Below are positions 57,763 through 64,000 of a DNA stretch of 64,000 nucleotides, piece after piece (position 1 is the stretch's first letter; every line of letters starts with the position of its first letter). The position numbers and the translations under genes were made by a program. The stretch lies in assembly GCA_964016885.1 (NCBI GenBank), contig OZ024752.1, positions 3,100,001 through 3,164,000 of the forward strand, in the 5' to 3' direction. The notes below the pieces were generated by a model. That model saw only the letters and a program-made list of their open reading frames with translations. It did not search any database and had not been told where the DNA came from. This DNA is from Eledone cirrhosa (Eukaryota).

Positions 57763-58307
57763 GAATATACAACATTTATTCATGGTGAAATGAGTTGTGG
57801 TTTTGGACAAATGCTTAATAACGTGTCATAGTAATTATTTCTATAAATGTCATCCTACTGTAAACCATTCCCCAAGCAAAATCAAGAATCACTGCTTTAT
57901 AATGTTATCGTTACTAAAAGTAAAACGTATGCTATTTGCAAATCAAATAGATATCCATTAAAAGTAACTAATCACTAACAATTTCCTAATATAAAATGCA
58001 ACAATTCGGCATATTTCTTAATTCGTTATTTTGTTAGAGGTATGCTAAGGTAGTTGGTGCGTGTTAAGTGATGAGAAATGTTACCTCCTTGGGTATTCCG
58101 AGATAATCATAGATTATATTTAAACATCACCGATGTGTATATATATCACAAACGTTCAAGAGTCTTGCTAAATATTTTAAATCCGTGATCATGAAAATGG
58201 TATATCAGTAGCGGTGAAAATGTTAGAGAGCTAAGTGTGAATTTCATACACCATTTACTTATTGACCACTGATAAAGAATAGCATAAATCCTATATAGTT
58301 TGTGTGT

Positions 58308-58387
<80 letters not shown>

Positions 58388-58467
58388 GAAGTAATTCCAT
58401 CGGAAATGTACAGGAAAAAAGGCTACGGATGTTATTAGTTATGTAATAAACAACATAAGATAATTAT

Positions 58468-58524
58468 TTCATTTACCAGTGGTTTCTTGAGAGCAGATAC
58501 GGTGTTTTCAGTCGTCAGAATGAA
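58468..58524 (-). ncRNA. Degenerate type I hammerhead motif
   Basis: TTCATT-CTGACGA-(eroded helix II)-GAAA-CCACTGG-TA-AATGAA. Confidence 0.6.
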
Positions 58525-59779
58525 TAAAACATGGTGTTTTTACTAAATATGTATTTGAAAACGAAATATAAGAAATATGAAAGGCTGAGGAAACAACGGG
58601 CGAAGAAGAAGAGGAGAAAAAGAATACATATATAAATATATAAACACATAAACATACACACACTTAACCACGCGCATATACTTAAAAATTTCGTAGACGT
58701 ATACATTATCACATAAGGGTATATGTTTCTACAGACATGGACAAAATATATACACATACATATACATGAAGTATATGAAATAAATAAACAAATGAATAAG
58801 AACAAAAATATATAAAGTAAAAAAAAAAAAAAAAAAAAAAAAGGATACGCCACTTCTCTCCCGCTCTCCATCCCTCTCTCTCCCTCTTCCTCTCCCCGCT
58901 CCACCCACACCCCTTCACACACACATATCCCACTAACACCTCTACTAATATACACCCCATCCCCCACATCACCACCTTCCCCCTCTACCCTTCACACCTA
59001 CCCATCCTCACCCCTGTTCTGCGCACCTCCGCACACACAGACCCATACACAGTCCTCACCACACTGACTGTTGCTCCATCTGTCATCCTCCTCTACTGCT
59101 TCAATCTGCTTTGACCCTCTGACCACTTCCTGTTGCGCGCGCACCCCTTTTCTCTCCACTTCCGACCACCACCAACATTGGATTCTACACCACCGGTCAT
59201 CGTTCCAGCCATCCACTCCATAACATGAAAAATATCCAGCCCCTATCGCACACTCCACGGAACTACCTTAGGAACTTACCCACGAACTTACACTAACATT
59301 TGTTTTCACACCACGCCACCTACATCCACACCACGTATAAACGCAAACACACACGTGCGTACCCCCACATATACACACTCAGCCTCCGCAATCTACACGC
59401 CAGCTGACCTCTCACCTTCTACACGCACGCACACACCAACTTACACCCCACCCACGCACATACCTTTTACTGAACATGGAACCTCATTCTTCCCCAAACT
59501 CTCACATTCACATACACACGCACACACACACACACACGTACACATACACACATACACAAACACCACCTTCAGCCTTCCCCGCTTCGAGCCCCCACCTCCC
59601 TTTACCAACTCCACCCGCTACCACCCTTACACGCCTCACACCCTTCCACTACTTGTTCATTTTATTGTGTATTTTTATGTTTACTTTTATTTTTATTTGT
59701 TCTCGTTCTCCCTTTATTCTAAATGTCTTTCCACCCCTCCTCTACACACCCTGGGAACTCTCTTCCTACCCAATTTTTT

Positions 59780-59806
59780 CTGAAGAAGGGCTTATGCCCG
59801 AAACGC
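59780..59806 (+). ncRNA. Hammerhead core remnant (cleavage site lost) at the end of a C-rich PLE-like relic
   Basis: CTGAAGA-A-GGGC-ttat-GCCC-GAAA-CG; same design as 23764. Confidence 0.5.
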
Positions 59807-59891
59807 CCCCCACCCCCACTCTCAAGAGCGTGAACCTAATAAACCTTAATTTGTCTGCCTCTCTGTTTTTGTTTCCGTCCAAGTGTTCACT

Positions 59892-59983
<92 letters not shown>

Positions 59984-61667
59984 TTATAGTTCCCAGAAAT
60001 TGCACTACGACAATATACTCAAGCTAGACAAATAACTGTCATGTGATGATAATTGACTACATTGTCTAGTTGTTTGGTGATGTAACTAGTATTATTTTCT
60101 CAATATTTTACCGTCTACAATTTCGGATTCTTCATTGCTATATTTAAAAATCGCGTAGATATATATTCATTACAACCTGCGACTATTGATCACTTACTCC
60201 CTCCTACTGCAAGACAGTCAGATATATACCGTATCAATACGCCACATTCCAGAAACAATAGATGCAAACAAATGAAACCACTATTCTTGAAACTTGCGAT
60301 CTTTCTCTCAGAAAATGTAGTTTATAATCCACTCTCACAAATTAAGTGCCTCATTTCAATAAGGTTGCATCTTTTAAGTACTACAGTAATTTAAACACCC
60401 ATATATATATATATATATGTGTGTGTATATATATACACATATATATATATATATAGAGAGAGAGAGATACATACATATATAGTCACATTCATGCATATGT
60501 ACATATATCCATGTATACATACATGCATACATATATACATGTGTGTGTATGCTTATGTGTACATCTGCGTTGCCGTGCATAAAGATTTTGTCTTTAGCTT
60601 TCAATGTTAGTGTAATCTTGCTATTATGGTGGCATATCTGATCGCTGGAAAAACAACAGGGACTTACTTGAACATTCTACAGAACAAGTTCAACTAATTA
60701 CGATAGAAAGAATAGTTAGAAGAGAAATACTAATTGGTTTTTGTATTTCGGAATTCTGAAGGAGATGTTTGCCAAACAAGTAAATCTTGCCCATAGCTAG
60801 GGCACTATAATACTATAATTGATTAGCTTTCCTGCTTGCTAGCTAGGATACTGTAGATTACATAAATACACAGCTAGTTATTGCATAAAAGCGTTTATAT
60901 CAGATGCAGAATGTTCGTTATATATAATTTACATATAAGAGTTTGTTATATATCATTTACAACGAAATAAATCTCTCATTACTCTGTGGTGCATTTTACA
61001 TAGAAGCTGTTTCCATTTACAATTTAATCATGTTACTCTGATGTTATGGTTGACAAAAATTACCATGTTTTCACATTCTAATAATATATTTATAATCTCA
61101 GAACTAGTAATATATTTAAAATAATTTATTTCAATTTCATTTATATATATTGAAAAAAATAATATTGAATTACTAGCCATTCCTATTGGTGTGTCCCTTG
61201 GTAGTATTGCTATACATTCGCTCTGTATTTTAGGTGCCCTCGTTGTCAGGAGCAGATACATCTACCGTCTTGAGACTCCCTCCTTTGATCAAGGAGAACG
61301 TTCAAAATGTGAAAGCTGGATATGAGAAAGGAGTTCGTGCTATGATTATCTGGTACCTACTATACTGGCACTGTACAGATGAAAGTCAAATTTCACTAGG
61401 ACGACAGTTGAACCAAAGAAGCAAAAGCCGGCATAAATATTGAAAGTTCTAAAAACTCTCCTAAGTTGACCGGCTTTGTGCATAGGTATATATGTATCTG
61501 CCGCTCAGTCCTTGTTACGGTCGCTTTCTCTTCCCCTCTCACACACTCTCTGAATTTTTCTCTTAATATATATAAATCATGATCAGAATCTGAAGTTTTG
61601 AAACTGATAAGCTTCATCTAAATGGACATTAGCACATGTGTGAATAGAAAGAACAGTGACATGGAAG

Positions 61668-61837
61668 TAGACCTGTCAACTCTCCCCTCTGACGGGGAGA
61701 TCTCGTTTTGGCTAATTTCTCCCCTCGTTCCCGTTTTTGTGAAAATGGGTATAGTTTCATTATGTAAAATCTCCCCATTTTGGGACACTCTTTTTCATGG
61801 TACTCCCCGTTTCGATTTTTAGATATTGGCAGGTCTG
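61668..61837 (+). mobile_element. MITE, same family
   Basis: tagacctgtcaa...ttggcaggtctg; flanks tggaag/tgaagg. Confidence 0.75.
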
Positions 61838-62749
61838 TGAAGGCGTATGTTGAAGTCCCGAAGCTGCTTATGTCCATGAAGTGGGATTATACGTTCTATT
61901 AATAATGCTATTTTTCTACAGTAAATACATTCAATGAACCTTATAACATTTTCATTTTTTAAAATGAGCATATAGTCGGAAGTCCATGTGCACGTGTGCC
62001 TGTGTGCTCTTACGTGTATTTCAGAACATCTGAGTTAAACTTCAATTTGCTAATTGGAGATTAATGATTGACTGACCTTGAACGATTATCGTTAAATCGG
62101 CAACAAGCTTTGACATTCAACGTCAAGCGTAGAATATTAACAGTTGAAAGGAAGGGAATATATATTGAAAGTGATGTTTTCTTCATTATTGTATTAATGA
62201 CCAAATCTGAAACTTCGGTAATGACTTCCCTTTTCGTTCACAAACTGGGTGCATGCATGATATTGAATCTTCCTTCGGAAATCGTGCGTTTCCTGTTCGG
62301 TTCCTTTGTGCTCTAAACTAACCTCTATCATTGCATTGCATTCAAATAATCATATTATTCATGTTTTACTTGAAATCTGATATTTTTAAGTCAATTGATA
62401 TAAAGCAATATTTTCCTTAAGAAAGTAAATTATGATTTGTTTTTAAACTAATTATTTCTGTCATGAAACTATTAATTTGTTTTTGTTGGTGGGGGTACTA
62501 TTAACACCAGAATAGTTTCTATTCATTTGTATATATATCAGTGTTTGTCGTTAAGTACATAACCAGCAACCTGAATTATGATATCGGATGTATGTAGACG
62601 CTATACATTGTCATGATCGTGATACTCTTTATTTCCATTATTGCCATATCGTCCTCGTAGATTTCGTCTACATCAGAAACAACAAATTAATGTATCATTT
62701 GATATTTAATACTCCATGATGGAATCGTGTCAATTATTTATTATAGCCT

Positions 62750-62850
62750 ACCGAGGTTAATTTTGCCTTTCATCCTTACGGGGTCAATAAAATAAAGTCG
62801 ATAATTGCTGGGATAATTGCTGGTCTTGTGCCAAAAGTAAAAACAATTAT
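62750..62850 (+). mobile_element. 5'-truncated SINE (major family)
   Basis: ccgaggttaattttgcctttcatcc..ccaaaagtaaaaac. Confidence 0.75.
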
Positions 62851-63177
62851 CTACAATAGTTGTTTAAACAGATTATTATTTTTAAGGACAGCGAGCAATC
62901 TATAGAGACATGTAAATTCCTCTTTAAAATGTTGTAAGTCCATGCATAAGAAACTAAAAATTATGTCGAGAAATGTTATACAAATGATAATGTGGTACGT
63001 CACATATACGGTTTCGACATAGATATTGTACAACATTTTTGAAATAAAGATATATTCTTAATAGCCATAACTCCAGTTATTTCTAACGTGTACATATAAA
63101 ACATGTAGGTTGATGATTAGGATGGGACAGATTATAAATGCATTATTGAAACAATGGTATCACAAATAAGTGATCAT

Positions 63178-63357
63178 TAGCAGTATCGGTAGAGGGTCGG
63201 GCGTCATGTTTTGAAGCATAGAGTTACCTCCCTTTATGATCTGAGTTCAAATCCTGCTGAGGTTAACTTTTCCTTTCATCCTTACGGGGTCGATAAAATA
63301 AAGTACCAGTAATACACTGGGATGATTGCTGGCCTTGTGCCAAAACTAGAAACAATT
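63178..63357 (+). mobile_element. tRNA-derived SINE (major family), near full length
   Basis: A-box-like tagcagtatcgg, B-box gagttcaaatcc, conserved body. Confidence 0.85.
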
Positions 63358-63487
63358 GCGTTAATGTGAGCTACATGTTGGCTTTGTTTCAAACAACTTA
63401 AAGATAATATAACAAATATATAAACGTGTCAGTATTCATACCATATTCTTTTCTATATATCTATTTCAATAAAATAGAAATCTCACC

Positions 63488-63684
63488 CAGACCTACCAAC
63501 AATCCTCGTCCGACGGGGAGATCTTTCACCCACTTTGGGGTGGGTGATAGATGTCCTCTCTTGTGAAAATGGGCATAGCTTTCATTATGTCAAATCTCCC
63601 CATTTTATTTAATTTTCTCCCCGTTTTGGGGAACTCATTTCTCATGTTATTCCCAGTTCGGGTTTTTACAGTTTGGCAGGTCTG
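63488..63684 (+). mobile_element. MITE with 12-bp TIRs and perfect 6-bp TSD CTCACC
   Basis: ctcacc-CAGACCTACCAA...TTGGCAGGTCTG-ctcacc. Confidence 0.85.
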
Positions 63685-64000
63685 CTCACCTGTTGGTGGA
63701 ACATTGAACGCTGCAGAAAATGTATGTTGTATGGGCTGATATCTCCCCAGGAATGACTCAGTTATCTAGATAGTGTTATAAACGACACGGTTAAAAGAGA
63801 AAGTACATCACGCTCAGCTCATGTATGGCACATGTAAATTAAATTTTACAACCTGAATGTAGTCAATGGTGTAGTAATTACCAAGTAAATTTAGCACCAG
63901 ACTTTGCGAAGGTGATGACAGAGGTTAAGTTACCGATTTTGATAAATCAACTGAAATAAATATTTATAATTTGATTGTGACTAAATTCAGAAATATATTG

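Overview
AT-rich, repeat-dominated eukaryotic DNA with no convincing intact host gene. The abundant tRNA-derived SINE (GAGTTCAAATCCCGCCGAGGTTAACTTTGCCTTTCATCC...GGGGTCGATAAAATAAAGTACCAG) and dense (TA)n tracts resemble an octopus/cephalopod genome; this is an inference. Most ORF-track entries are microsatellite read-throughs. Recognisable elements are: two tandem 5'-truncated R4/Dong-type retrotransposons in (TAA)n; three RTE-type LINE copies that all show a 5' inversion; one RTE 3' end; two Naiad-type Penelope-like (PLE) GIY-YIG fragments; many SINEs; and a CAG...CTG MITE family with a 6-bp TSD. The most notable signal is a set of at least four unrelated families of short fold-back elements, mostly in (TA)n tracts. 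Each has two head-to-head inverted arms; one arm stops at a fixed point and the other carries a 55-90 nt tail. Three of the four families carry minimal type I hammerhead ribozyme (HHR) motifs. About 19 intact or degenerate HHR motifs were found by eye. One fold-back family is physically linked to a Naiad endonuclease ORF. Coordinates of decayed repeats are approximate.
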